From contig CAVOHZ010000008.1 of assembly GCA_963695855.1 (NCBI GenBank), positions 64,001-128,000 of the forward strand: 64,000 bases of DNA, in the 5' to 3' direction. The position numbers and the translations under genes were made by a program. The notes under the pieces were generated by a model. That model did no database searches. It had not been told where the DNA came from and saw nothing but the letters and a program-made list of their open reading frames with translations. This DNA comes from an uncultured Nitrososphaerales archaeon (GTDB lineage: Archaea; Thermoproteota; Nitrososphaeria; Nitrososphaerales; Nitrososphaeraceae). Shown here piece by piece: positions 11,489 through 22,862 of the stretch (positions are counted from its first letter, which is position 1; every line of letters starts with the position of its first letter).

Positions 11489-12828
11489 TTATTTTGCACA
11501 ACGAAATCCTGCAAAGAGGATCCGTTCGTGGGGTTTGAAGTAGTTTCTATAGCTGGTTCGAATTTGACGTCGTGGTGTTGCAAAAGATCCGCCGCGTAAA
11601 ACTTTTTGGTTTATAGCCCATTTATCGGTGTATCCGGAAATTTTGGTTGAAATCCTGGATAAAGGGAGTATTCAGAGCTTGTCCATTCCCAAATATCACC
11701 AATCATTTGATAACATCCGTAGAAGCTCTTTCCCTTTTCATAACAACCACATTTTGATGTTTTCCAAAGAAATGATTCTAACAGATTGGCGTTTTCAGGC
11801 TTTGGAGAATCATCCCCCCAAGGATAAATTGTTTTTCTATTTAGATCTTCATTCCAACTAGATGCCTTTTCCCATTCTGCTTCAGTAGGTAGTCTTTTTC
11901 CTGCCCATCTTGCGTAAGCATCAGCTTCATAGTAACTGATATTTATTACAGGTTCATCGGGATCTACTGGATTTATTCCAAAAAAATCCTTTTTCATCCA
12001 AACACCCTGCCTTTTAAACCAGTAAAGAGGACATTGCCAATCAAATTCTTGAACAAGATCCCACCCATCAGAAAGCCAATACCTGTATTTTTGGTATCCA
12101 CCTTCGTCAATAAATCTCATGAAATCTTCGTTGGATACGGGTGTAGTATCTATTTTAAAGGGATACAAAAACACATTGTGTTCTGGTAGTTCATTATCAT
12201 AAGAGAAACCTTTTCCAGAAAACCCAAGTTCATATATTCCACCCGGGATAGATATCATCTCTTTACGTTGTTCTTCTGAAATAGTTTTTTCTGGGTCCTT
12301 GTTAACTTTAAAAGGTTTGTAGTTATCATGTGGATCGGGAAATCTCTCAAAATAGTTTTGAAAATCATAAATCATCAATTCTTGATGTTGCATTTCATGT
12401 TGATTCCCTAATCGTATATCATACAGGATGTTTGGCAAGAGGTGGTTTTCATTGCCTACTGCTTCTAAAAAGGAAATGACATTCTTTTCAATTTGCTTTC
12501 TGTAGATAAGACTCTCTGATACAGTAGGTCGTGGAAATCTTCCTCTTTCATTTTTTGGTAAAATCGTTTCAAATTTTTGATAATAAGAATTTAAATAATC
12601 TAAATTTAGATTTTCAAAAGATACCTTAATTCCATATTTTGTCAATATCTTATGAAAGAACCATGTTACATGAGATATATGCCAATTTGGCGGGCTTCCA
12701 AACGGGTCGGATTGGATAACCGCATCCTCTGTCTTGAGGGACTTGAAAAGGTTATCAGTTAATTTTCTGACGTCCCCAAATTCAGAAATAAGCGACGAAA
12801 TGCCCTCAGTTATCACCTTAGCCATCAA
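11489..12828 (-). CDS. egtB: Ergothioneine sulfoxide synthase, frameshifted at ~11632 in this sequence
   Basis: DinB-like N-terminus (SPPNWHISH, HEMQHQE) and FGE-sulfatase domain (RLPTEAEWEKA). The other frame supplies YTDKWAINQKVLRGGSFATP...RNYF.PHER.LFAGFRCAK* ending at 11489. Confidence 0.9.
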
Positions 12829-12966
12829 TATTAATTGTGCTTAAAATTAATTAAATCTTTACCTTTTTTTAAATAGGTGAGAAAAAATAAGTTGTTAAAC
12901 AATAAATTGACATAAATAAATATAACATAAATTAATCGATTAATATCTGCTGGAAGTTATGTACAA

Positions 12967-13812
12967 ATGAGTCGCTTTTTCTCCCCTGATAGTGAATCGA
13001 ATCTAATAGAAAAATTAGTTAAAAATTCTTTCAGGTCAATAGATGAAGGGTTGTATGAGGTAGCAAATTTCGATCGTACACATGATGCAATGAGTCTTCC
13101 AAACAACATTCGTTCCATGATCAATATAAGAAAAGTACCGATCATAACAGAAGTAAAATTTTCTTCTCCATCAAAGGGAAATATTGTTGATAGTCAAAAG
13201 GTAAATCCAGTAAATATAGCTAATCAAATGATAAGAGGTGGAGCCATAGGACTCTCTGTTTTAACACAAAAGTATTTTTTTAACGGGTCGATAAATAACT
13301 TTATCGTTATTAGGAAAAATACTAGTGTTCCAATGTTGATGAAAGATATTATCGTGAGTGAAAACCAAATTGATTGTGCTAAAAAAATTGGCGCTGACTA
13401 TGTATTGTTAATAAAGACAGTATTTGATAAAAATTTAGCTGAAGCAAGCATAGAAAAATTTTCAGAGTATTCATACAGAAAAGGATTGAATATTTTGTAT
13501 GAGGTTCATTTAGACGATGAATTCAAAGAGATCCTTGATTTTAAAGTCAGAAGAAATGATTTAATTGGAATCAATAATCGCAATCTCAATAATCTGAAAA
13601 TTGATTTAAAAACTACTGAAAATCTGTTGAAAAAATATGACAAAGGAAGGAACTTGATTGTAAGCGAAAGTGGCATTGAGAGTACAGAACAAATAAGATA
13701 TCTGAAAAAGGCAGGGGCAGATGCATTTTTAATAGGGACGAGCATAATGGAAAAAGCTGAAAATATCTCGTCCAAAGTAAAAGAACTCGTTAATGGTACG
13801 AGTAGCTACTAA
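12967..13812 (+). CDS. trpC: Indole-3-glycerol phosphate synthase
   Basis: IITEVKFSSPSKG, LSVLT...F.GS, PMLMKD, GINNRNL, VSESGI, FLIGTSIM. Confidence 0.95.
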   Translation: MSRFFSPDSESNLIEKLVKNSFRSIDEGLYEVANFDRTHDAMSLPNNIRSMINIRKVPIITEVKFSSPSKGNIVDSQKVNPVNIANQMIRGGAIGLSVLTQKYFFNGSINNFIVIRKNTSVPMLMKDIIVSENQIDCAKKIGADYVLLIKTVFDKNLAEASIEKFSEYSYRKGLNILYEVHLDDEFKEILDFKVRRNDLIGINNRNLNNLKIDLKTTENLLKKYDKGRNLIVSESGIESTEQIRYLKKAGADAFLIGTSIMEKAENISSKVKELVNGTSSY

Positions 13813-14777
13813 CCAGCCAAGACCCCCCCAGAAATAATCGGATTCCTTGAGTAATATCGCAACTCTAGCCAATATTAGATTACCTTCGTTAATTGCTTGT
13901 TGTTACAAAATTGGTATATGATATAGCCTCATTTCATATCGCCACACCAGTAATGTGATAAAGTTTTAGAGATTTTAGAATAATTGCAATTTTAAAATAT
14001 TCGATCTCCATAATCAGAAATATAGGAATTTCCTGCCGATAATTTAATGAATTTTTGTTTATATCTGTAATATCTTTCTGTATTGGTTCTGGAAATATAC
14101 TACCAATAATAATTGCGAAACCTTTACAGAAAAGGAGGAAAAACGTTTCATATTAATGCCTTCTTTTGTCTATACTTTTTCTTTTTGTTTATATCTTCGA
14201 TAGCATTCGGATAGTTATTTGTAAAGACGCTGCTACATAATATTAAATTGAATTTTTAACAAAAAATATATTACTTTATTGTAAATATTACACACATTTT
14301 TGTTTATATCTGCAAACCTCGATGATTTCAATCAATTAAAATTGGCTATTAAATGAAGTGTATACCTCAAAAGTTATGGAGGTCTATCACTTGGATTTGA
14401 TAAAATTTAGTTGTATTATTAATGGCTATCTAATACTCTGGAAAAAATTCGAAAGTTAGAGAATTTCTAGTAAATTGCCGTTTTGTGAAGAAACTTTTAG
14501 GTAATTGAGGTAGTTGATATTCATCAAACCAGTATCGACAGTACTGCATTCCAGAAATTCCTACCATGCATTCCTATTATGCTCGAATTTTTTTTAAAAT
14601 GTTAGTATCAGGTGAAAAAAATAAATTTTAATATATTGGTAGCAGCTCTTTCAATATTTTAATAACGATGATAGGAATTTATTTGGTATACAATTAATTT
14701 ATCTTTTATTTTTATACCAAAATTAAGTATATCAATTCATATTGTCTATAAATTGAATTCATTAACAGCATTACAAG

Positions 14778-15965
14778 ATGAAATATAATTTTCCAAAAGA
14801 TGGCAGATATGGAAAATTTGGTGGGAAATATATTCCAGAAACCTTGATTCCTGCTATAGAAGAATTAGAATATTCATATAAAAAATATAGTAATGATCCG
14901 GATTTTAAAAGAGAACTATCAGAATATTTGAAAGACTATGCAGGAAGACCAACACCCTTGTATTTTGCTAAAAATCTAACAAAATATGTTGGAGGCGCAA
15001 AGATTTACATTAAAAGAGAAGATTTGCTTCACGGAGGAGCTCATAAGACAAATAATACCATTGGACAGTGCATTCTAGCAAAAAGAATGGGCAAGAAGAG
15101 AATAATCGCAGAAACAGGGGCTGGACAACATGGTGTTGGTACCGCTTTAGCATCGGCGGTTCTTGGACTTGACTGTGAAGTTTATATGGGTTTAAAAGAT
15201 ACTGAGAGACAGAAACTTAATGTCTTTAGAATGAAATTATTAGGATCCAAGGTTCATCCTGTACTGTCTGGTTCACAAACACTAAAAGATGCAATTAACG
15301 AAGCACTACGGGATTGGATAACCAATGTCAAAACTACCTATTATGTAATTGGTTCAGTAGTTGGTCCTCATCCTTATCCAATGATAGTTAGAGATTTCCA
15401 GAGTGTTATTGGCAAAGAAATAAAACAACAATGTAATGAGAAATTTGGTGGATTACCCAACGCAATAGTTGCCTGTGTGGGTGGCGGCAGTAATGCAATA
15501 GGTTCATTCTATCCCTTTATTGACGATAAGGAAGTATCTTTGTATGGAATCGAAGCAGGAGGACGTGGTACAAAATCTGGAAAACATGCTGCAACTTTAG
15601 TATCAGGATCTATAGGAATCCTTCACGGGATGAAGACCTATCTACTACAGGACAGCACAGGACAGGTTTCTGAAACACATAGTGTATCTGCGGGCCTTGA
15701 CTATCCAGGTGTAGGTCCAGAACATTCCTATTTGAAGGAGATAAGGCGAGTAATTTACAAATCCTGTACAGACGAACAAGCCATACAAGCCTTCATGACA
15801 CTATCGAAACGTGAGGGAATAATTCCTGCACTCGAATCAGCTCATGCTATCAGCTATGGAATGAAATTAGCGGAAAAGATGCGGTCAACAGAAAAGATTG
15901 TCATCACTTTGTCGGGAAGAGGAGATAAAGACGTAGAAATAGTTCAAAAATATATTGAGAAATAA
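14778..15965 (+). CDS. trpB: Tryptophan synthase beta chain
   Basis: [15 protein letters not shown] (PLP lysine), [39 protein letters not shown]. Confidence 0.98.
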   Translation: MKYNFPKDGRYGKFGGKYIPETLIPAIEELEYSYKKYSNDPDFKRELSEYLKDYAGRPTPLYFAKNLTKYVGGAKIYIKREDLLHGGAHKTNNTIGQCILAKRMGKKRIIAETGAGQHGVGTALASAVLGLDCEVYMGLKDTERQKLNVFRMKLLGSKVHPVLSGSQTLKDAINEALRDWITNVKTTYYVIGSVVGPHPYPMIVRDFQSVIGKEIKQQCNEKFGGLPNAIVACVGGGSNAIGSFYPFIDDKEVSLYGIEAGGRGTKSGKHAATLVSGSIGILHGMKTYLLQDSTGQVSETHSVSAGLDYPGVGPEHSYLKEIRRVIYKSCTDEQAIQAFMTLSKREGIIPALESAHAISYGMKLAEKMRSTEKIVITLSGRGDKDVEIVQKYIEK

Positions 15966-16817
15966 TTGGAGATGGCATTTTTGACGAAAATTGTATCAAA
16001 CAGAATAGATAAAAAATTTAAAGAGTTAAAAGAAAAAAAAGATAATGCTTTAATATGTTATGTTGTGGCCGGATATCCAGACATAAAAACTTCTGAAGAT
16101 ATTATTGTGGCTCTGATTGAAGGGGGTGCAGATATGATAGAGATTGGAATTCCTTTTTCAGACCCCATTGCGGATGGTAATACCATACAGGAAGCTATAC
16201 ATCAATCCTTACTATCAGGAATTACACCAGAGCAGTGTTTGGAATTATCACAAAGGATTAGGAACAAATTTCCAGACGTACCATTAATTATAATGACATA
16301 TTCTAATATTTTATTCAGGAAAGGTTATGAAGAGTTCCTGAGCTTGGCAAAGGAAAAAGGTATCGATGGATGTATATTACCAGATATTCCCTTTGAGGAA
16401 TCAGAAGAATATGTTACTGCAGCAAGAAAGACAGGTATTGCTACAATTTTCTTGACAGCCCCTAATACTGAAGAAAAGAGGCTGAAAGATATTAATGACA
16501 TTTGCTCTGGATTTCTATATGTTGTTTCGGTATTTGGAATAACTGGCGAACGTAAAAAGTTTGACAGATATACATATGATGTAATAAAGAAAGTCAAAAA
16601 GATAACTAAGAACAAGATACCTATTGCAGCAGGATTTGGAATAAGCAAACCTGAACATGTGAGGGATATGCTTCAAGCGGGTGCAGATGCAGTGATTGTT
16701 GGAAGCGCTATTATAAGAAAAATAAAAGAAACTGAAAATAAGAAAAACTTACCAAGTATATTAAGAAATTTTACAGTGGACATGAAAACTACTTGTCATG
16801 AAATTAGAGGAATATAG
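15966..16817 (+). CDS. trpA: Tryptophan synthase alpha chain
   Basis: EIGIPFSDPIADG, MTYSN, SVFGITG, GFGISKPE, ADAVIVGSA; directly follows trpB. Confidence 0.97.
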   Translation: MEMAFLTKIVSNRIDKKFKELKEKKDNALICYVVAGYPDIKTSEDIIVALIEGGADMIEIGIPFSDPIADGNTIQEAIHQSLLSGITPEQCLELSQRIRNKFPDVPLIIMTYSNILFRKGYEEFLSLAKEKGIDGCILPDIPFEESEEYVTAARKTGIATIFLTAPNTEEKRLKDINDICSGFLYVVSVFGITGERKKFDRYTYDVIKKVKKITKNKIPIAAGFGISKPEHVRDMLQAGADAVIVGSAIIRKIKETENKKNLPSILRNFTVDMKTTCHEIRGI

Positions 16818-16842
16818 AGTTAAAATACTCTAATATAAATAA

Positions 16843-17169
16843 TCAACAAAGGACTAATCCCGAGATATCTTTTGCAAACAACATATTATTAATAGTAATA
16901 TGATACGATCTTCCATGTCTATCAACTATTAATTCGATATCATCTAATCTTTCTGAAACCAATCCACCTTCATATTTTTTAATTACAACATGAATAGTTT
17001 CATGGGATATCAGGGATTCCATGAAAGGTTCAATATATTGAAAATCATTATTGGAAGACATCGCACCGGATCTGGATTGAATGATAATCATGCTATCTTC
17101 ATTGTCATATGTAAAATATGCTGGCGAATCATCAATAGAACATGCGAAAATAAAATCCCTAATAGACAT
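16843..17169 (-). CDS. Hypothetical protein with HExxH-like motif
   Basis: 108-aa ORF containing SHETIH. Confidence 0.6.
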   Translation of the reverse strand: MSIRDFIFACSIDDSPAYFTYDNEDSMIIIQSRSGAMSSNNDFQYIEPFMESLISHETIHVVIKKYEGGLVSERLDDIELIVDRHGRSYHITINNMLFAKDISGLVLC

Positions 17170-17273
17170 CAGAAGTATATCAGAATGTATTTTAATTAAC
17201 TGTATTTATCGGAAATACATGAAATTGCTTTTATTACAAAAAATACATGAAATAAAAATCACAAATAAAATTG

Positions 17274-19802
17274 CTATAGAATGAAATATTCTGCCTCAGG
17301 ATGATGGACTACTATAGCGGCAGTAGACTGGTCTGGTATTATCTGTCCAGATTCTGTTAATGTCATTCCTGATTTTGACGGATCTAAAAGAGTCCATACT
17401 AACTTATGTTGAGAAATGTCTGGGCAGCTTGGGTATCCCCAGCTATATCTAAGACCACGATTAGATTCCAGTTTTAGATCTTTACGGATTAAATTGTTAG
17501 TCCAATCAGCTAATGCTTCAGCAGTTTCAACTGCAAGACCATGTAAAAAATATGCATCAGTATATAGATTTTCTAAATTCCATTTTTCGATAATCTCAGA
17601 AACCTTCACTCCAACAGTAACTGCTTGAAATGCCACGATGTCGTCCTTTCCAAAATAGTCAGTTATGCACAGGTTTTTTCTCTTTGTAGATCGCGGAAAG
17701 TCAAATACGACCTGACTACCATCGGCAGAATCAACAACAAGTTTATTTCCGTTGTTATGACATCTAAAGTAGCCATACACTACTTTGGGTGAAAATAGAT
17801 CTTCATCTATAACTTTTTTTTTCCATTCTATGAATAACTTTTCTGATTCATCAGATAATCCCTTTGCTGCCTTTCCCCGAAAACTCCAGGAAAGAACAAA
17901 AAGCGATTTTTTATTTATGAATTTCCACACTTCGTTGAGATCGATACTCTCTGATTCAAGTCTAATAGGGATATTCATGTTAGGGGGTATTGGAGGTTCA
18001 ACTGGTTTGATGCCGCTATGTGGAAGTATTTTTTCAGTTGTCCCTATCGCAATTTTTGATTCTTTCCATTGCTGTAATCTTTGTCTCCAATTTAGTACAT
18101 ATTCCTCTCTTGTATCAGACATTATATTATTGACAACATTTAATCCTTCAAAGGCTGTCTTGCAATAGAAGACTCCTGGTTCATAAATTTTTTTTCCTTT
18201 AGCAATTCTGTTAATATAATTACTGTTTATTGCGGCTCCTCCACACAATACGGGTATCCTTAAATTATGTTCTCTTGCGTAATCTACAAATATCTGCATC
18301 TGTTTTGATGTTGACACCAAAAGCGCAGAAAGTCCAACTGCATCTGCTTTTACTTCTTCAATTTTGTCAAGAATATTTTGTAATGGAACCTGTTTACCAA
18401 GGTCATATACTGAATATCCGTTATTTGTCAAGATAGTTTTAACTAGATTCTTTCCAATATCATGAACATCACCATAAACAGTACATAATACAATCTTACC
18501 TTTTGATACATCTTTCTGTTTAATGAGATATTTTTCGAGCTCAGCAACAGCTGCCTTCATACATTCTGCCGATTTAAGAACAAATGGTAAAATTATTTCT
18601 CCGGCTCCAAATTTATCTCCGACTTCTTTCATTGCTGGAAGAAGAGTATCATTTAGAGTCTGGACTGCAGCATCATGAATATCTTGTTTAGAGACAACGT
18701 CAAAAAGTATCTCAAGAGAATCTATCTTTGTTCCTCCTTGTTCTTCTTTTTTCTTATTTGTTATATTGTCCTTTATTGCGCCAATTACATCTCGCTCAAT
18801 ACCATCGGGCAATCTGTTAACAATTCTATAGTAACATTTTTTATCATAACTCCATTTAGGATCTAAATCTAATTTTGTAACCTTTCCTATTTTCTGATCT
18901 GATTCATTTTTGTTTTCAAAATAAGATATCAATTCAGCTAACGCGTTATTATTCAGATTAAATATCAGATTTTCAACGAGTTCCCTTTCCTTAGGTACAA
19001 TATCAGTATATGCTACTATGTCTTTAGGATTTATTATCACCGAATCCAATCCGGCTTTTATTGCATGATATAAAAAGACTGAATTAACTATTTTCCTTGC
19101 TTGAACTGGAAGTCCAAAACTAACATTGCTTAAGCCTAATGTGGTAAAGCAGCCGGGAAGATTTTGTTTTACAAGGCGGATACCTTCTAATGTGTTTTTT
19201 GCAGAATCAAGAAATTCTTCCTGTCCAGTAGCCAAAGTAAATGTTAATACATCAAAAACGAATTGCCAGGATTTTAAACCATATTTCTTTCCTGTTTCAA
19301 ATAAGAGCTGGGCAGTTTCTAGTTTCTCTTGTGGGGTCTTGGCCATTCCCTTTGGACCAATACACATTGCAATTGCTGGTAATCCATATTTTGCCATAAG
19401 AGGTGCTAAAAGATGATATCTGCTTCCATCTCCTTCCAAATTTATTGAATTTATTATTGGTCTTCCTGGAATCTGTTTAATTGCTGCTTCTACTACAATA
19501 GGGTCTGTAGAATCTATTACCAACGGTGCTTCGATCTCTAGACTTAGCTTTTTGACTAGTTTACACATGAAATCCAGTTCGTCGGATCGTTCAGTAGTAG
19601 CAACACATACATCTAAACAATGAGCTCCTTCCTCTACCTGTGTTCTTGCTAAATTTACTAACCCATCAAAATCATCACGTAATACCATATCCTTGGCTTT
19701 TCTTGAGCCTTGACTGTTTACACGCTCTCCAATAATAAGTGGAGGAGGATTTTGTTGTATATCAACTGCATTTAATGCAGAACTAATTCTTGGGATCATC
19801 AA
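17274..19802 (-). CDS. metH: Cobalamin-dependent methionine synthase, pterin-binding + B12-binding + activation domains
   Basis: IIGERVN..GS, IDST, GLSNVSFG, GDVHDIGKN B12 motif, RYSWGYPSCPD. Confidence 0.95.
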   Translation of the reverse strand: MMIPRISSALNAVDIQQNPPPLIIGERVNSQGSRKAKDMVLRDDFDGLVNLARTQVEEGAHCLDVCVATTERSDELDFMCKLVKKLSLEIEAPLVIDSTDPIVVEAAIKQIPGRPIINSINLEGDGSRYHLLAPLMAKYGLPAIAMCIGPKGMAKTPQEKLETAQLLFETGKKYGLKSWQFVFDVLTFTLATGQEEFLDSAKNTLEGIRLVKQNLPGCFTTLGLSNVSFGLPVQARKIVNSVFLYHAIKAGLDSVIINPKDIVAYTDIVPKERELVENLIFNLNNNALAELISYFENKNESDQKIGKVTKLDLDPKWSYDKKCYYRIVNRLPDGIERDVIGAIKDNITNKKKEEQGGTKIDSLEILFDVVSKQDIHDAAVQTLNDTLLPAMKEVGDKFGAGEIILPFVLKSAECMKAAVAELEKYLIKQKDVSKGKIVLCTVYGDVHDIGKNLVKTILTNNGYSVYDLGKQVPLQNILDKIEEVKADAVGLSALLVSTSKQMQIFVDYAREHNLRIPVLCGGAAINSNYINRIAKGKKIYEPGVFYCKTAFEGLNVVNNIMSDTREEYVLNWRQRLQQWKESKIAIGTTEKILPHSGIKPVEPPIPPNMNIPIRLESESIDLNEVWKFINKKSLFVLSWSFRGKAAKGLSDESEKLFIEWKKKVIDEDLFSPKVVYGYFRCHNNGNKLVVDSADGSQVVFDFPRSTKRKNLCITDYFGKDDIVAFQAVTVGVKVSEIIEKWNLENLYTDAYFLHGLAVETAEALADWTNNLIRKDLKLESNRGLRYSWGYPSCPDISQHKLVWTLLDPSKSGMTLTESGQIIPDQSTAAIVVHHPEAEYFIL

Positions 19803-19913
19803 ATTTTCTATCCTCGCTAATATCTATTTCCTCTTTAATTGGGTATACAGAGTAATATTCGTTTTAATAATCATATAAAGTATTGATAACAACGAATCAT
19901 TCTGAAGGTTTAG

Positions 19914-20885
19914 TTAGATGTGTTTATTATCATTTTTATTATATTTATCAAGCATTTTGTGTAATTGTGAAATGTGCTCAGGTGTTGTACCACAACAGCC
20001 TCCTATAATTCTGACTTTCTGAAATTTTAATATAAATTCCTCTAATTTCTTTCCCAATTGTTCTGGTGTCATCTTATAGAGTGCTTTACCTCCATCATTG
20101 AGTGGCATTCCTGCATTGGGAACTATCAAGAGAGGAAGTTCATTTTGTTCATTTAACCATATCACGCTAGGAGTCATCTCATCTGGACCTGTGGAACAGT
20201 TTAACCCAAAGACATCAATTCCCATATCGCTAACAGTAGTAAATGCTGCTTGTACATTGGTTCCAAGAAGCATCTTTCCGTATTGGTCCAAAGTGACATT
20301 GGCAATAAGTGGAATCTTCTTTCCTAGTTTAGACATGGTATTCCTACATGCCTCTATTACTAACTTTACCTCGAGAATATCCTGACTCGTTTCAATTAGC
20401 AACGCATCAACACCTCCAAGAATCAGACCTTCAGCCTGTAATGCAAAAGATTCTATTATCTGTTCCAATGGTATTTGACCCAAATCTGGATCATTTGAGC
20501 TTGGAAGAAATCCAGACGGACCCATTGAGCCTATAACATATCGCGGTTTATCGCGAAATTCATTACATACTTCTCGTGCTAATTCCGCTGCTCTTTTATT
20601 GAATTGAACTGTCTGATCCCCAAATCCATATTCATCTAATTTGAATTTGTTGCCGCCAAACGTATTGGTCTCTATACAATCTGCACCTGCATTTAAGTAA
20701 TTTCTATGGATTTGTTTTATCCATTCTGGTCTACTCAATATCAAACCATCATTAAAACCATCTTTATTGTTTGGAAAATCCTGAGGTTCTGGGTTTAATT
20801 TCTGTATTTCTGTACCCATTGCACCATCAAAAAGCAGTATTCGTTTTTTTAGCTCCTCAGAAAAAGATTCATTCATGTGAAACAT
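19914..20885 (-). CDS. metH: Methionine synthase homocysteine S-methyltransferase domain (split metH, N-terminal part)
   Basis: LFDGAMGT, GADCIETNTFG, GLNCSTGP, PNAG, GGCCGTTPEHI. Confidence 0.93.
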   Translation of the reverse strand: MFHMNESFSEELKKRILLFDGAMGTEIQKLNPEPQDFPNNKDGFNDGLILSRPEWIKQIHRNYLNAGADCIETNTFGGNKFKLDEYGFGDQTVQFNKRAAELAREVCNEFRDKPRYVIGSMGPSGFLPSSNDPDLGQIPLEQIIESFALQAEGLILGGVDALLIETSQDILEVKLVIEACRNTMSKLGKKIPLIANVTLDQYGKMLLGTNVQAAFTTVSDMGIDVFGLNCSTGPDEMTPSVIWLNEQNELPLLIVPNAGMPLNDGGKALYKMTPEQLGKKLEEFILKFQKVRIIGGCCGTTPEHISQLHKMLDKYNKNDNKHI

Positions 20886-20951
20886 AATCGGATAGAATAA
20901 AGTTCAATTTATTATATTCTGTTGATAAATCGACAGATTCACTTTTTCCGG

Positions 20952-21431
20952 TTAGATTTTTTTATTTTTACCATAATCCCATGTGGAAAAATACAGGGGT
21001 GTAATTTCTAAAATAACCGAATTTCCTTGTTCAACATTTTCTAGTAGAATTTTTGCCATATCGTTATCTAGACTTCCTAGATATTTGATCATGATTTTTT
21101 TAGATATCATTAAATTGAAATCAAATGATCGAGAAATTGCTGTTTTGCCTTTTCCTCTTACTCCTTTATATGGAGGTTTGGGATCATCAATACAGAAATA
21201 AATGGTTTGGTTATTTGAGATATTTTGAATTTTTTTTGAGTTTCTATTAGTTTCAACATATATTGTATTCTTATTTGGATCATAATAGTACCAGGTTGGA
21301 TGAATATTTGGATCCTTTTTTTCATCTATTGTACCAAGATGAATGTTATGTGTTTGATTAACAAGAAAAGATACAATTTCGTCTTCCGTTAATGGATCAC
21401 TAAATCCCGGACTAGCGTTAAAAATTTTCAT
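20952..21431 (-). CDS. Pyridoxamine 5'-phosphate oxidase-like (flavin/F420-binding split barrel) protein
   Basis: LGT.....P.IHP.WY, K..NI..N..IYFCID...PYKGVRGKG. Confidence 0.85.
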   Translation of the reverse strand: MKIFNASPGFSDPLTEDEIVSFLVNQTHNIHLGTIDEKKDPNIHPTWYYYDPNKNTIYVETNRNSKKIQNISNNQTIYFCIDDPKPPYKGVRGKGKTAISRSFDFNLMISKKIMIKYLGSLDNDMAKILLENVEQGNSVILEITPLYFSTWDYGKNKKI

Positions 21432-21593
21432 AATAAAAAGAGCTCATAATAGCATATAAGATTTTTTTTCTTTAATACCCCAAATAATAAATAATACTGT
21501 TTATGTTATGAAAATTGAAAATAAATAAAAATGTTAAAAATTTATTTATTTATTATTAATCTATAAGATAATAATTATGACTATTGTTTACCA

Positions 21594-22652
21594 CTAAAAA
21601 GATAATAATTTTGAATCATCAAGAGGATAGACGTATGTATTAGCCCGTTCATCTCCAATTGGAGACGAATGCAGTAATATAGAGTCACGTAATTCGCTGC
21701 CATCAAGACCTGAGCCACCAATACCAAGAGTACATTCTTCCAACATTTGAGAATTGTGTGGATCAATCAGGGTTTTACCGGGATAAGGTTCCAGGGTTAT
21801 TCTCTCTTCACCAAGCACACCTGCAATTTTAAATCCATTACACATAATTCTACCTCCATCATTCAAAATTAGATCTATTTTATGATCCTTTCTTAAGGAT
21901 AATAATGCTTTGAACAGGTTAAATGTTGAACCAGTGTTAATGTATTTTATAAAATCAGATTCGGGTATATATTTTGAGCCATAATCGTATCCTTCTTGGC
22001 TGGTCAAAAAAATGACTTTTCTGATATCTTGGTTCAGAATTGCAATTTCTTTTTTTAAATATGATTCGATTATTCCAGATTTTTTAAAAGAATTTGCTGT
22101 TCGGGAAACGATAATAAAATAAGTTGAATCGCGTTTCTGTTTGTATTGTTGATAAAGTTTACACAAATCATCGTAAACACCAGAATGACTGCTCCTTATA
22201 TGATTGCCAAAAAAAGTCCAATCCCAGATCTGACTTTTACTTGCCATAAGGTTGTTGATACTGAAGAGAATTGCCCTATAACCTAACAAGATTCTGTGTG
22301 TCGATGCAAATACATTGTCACCGATATTTCTTTTATTTCCTGTCAATTTTATTACCCCGCCTCCAGGATATCCAGGTACCTTGTAGATGTACCTTCGACT
22401 TTTAGGAGCAAATTCCGCAGCAAGAAAGCTAGTTGCCTGATATGGGATTTTTAGTCGAGATATGTACTGTTTAGATGCCCCTATGACAATCTTTGGTAAG
22501 ATAGAAGATAAGAATTTTAGTTTTAAATCATCCTGAGTGTCAATGACCTGAATACCACGTTTACGAAGATGTTCCAATTGTTCCAAAGTAAGTTTATTCT
22601 TTTCGTACAGATGATTTAGATTTTCTTTAAATTTTTGTTCAATAGTGTTCAT
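21594..22652 (-). CDS. Hypothetical protein, possibly RibD-C/DHFR-like reductase fold
   Basis: 352-aa ORF; L..LR....IDLILNDGG..M......G.L.E..IT..P resembles the RibD-C EGG region. Confidence 0.45.
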   Translation of the reverse strand: MNTIEQKFKENLNHLYEKNKLTLEQLEHLRKRGIQVIDTQDDLKLKFLSSILPKIVIGASKQYISRLKIPYQATSFLAAEFAPKSRRYIYKVPGYPGGGVIKLTGNKRNIGDNVFASTHRILLGYRAILFSINNLMASKSQIWDWTFFGNHIRSSHSGVYDDLCKLYQQYKQKRDSTYFIIVSRTANSFKKSGIIESYLKKEIAILNQDIRKVIFLTSQEGYDYGSKYIPESDFIKYINTGSTFNLFKALLSLRKDHKIDLILNDGGRIMCNGFKIAGVLGEERITLEPYPGKTLIDPHNSQMLEECTLGIGGSGLDGSELRDSILLHSSPIGDERANTYVYPLDDSKLLSF

Positions 22653-22862
22653 TATGGTAAATTATATATTCAAATATGCCTAGGATTTATATTGTTAATT
22701 CATATATTTTATAGGTTGATTTCTAATGTAATGATGTTGACAGTACAGTACCAATCTAAAAATATAAAAATATAATAGCATCCAATATTGCAAATGTAAT
22801 TAGTATATTTCTAATAAGACAATATTAAATATTTCAGACAATCAATATTTGTAAGTATAAAT

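Noticed and set aside
17274-20885. Split metH as a frameshift or pseudogene
   Set aside because: The break falls between domains with a 111-bp gap and separate starts; a two-gene MetH is known in Thaumarchaeota
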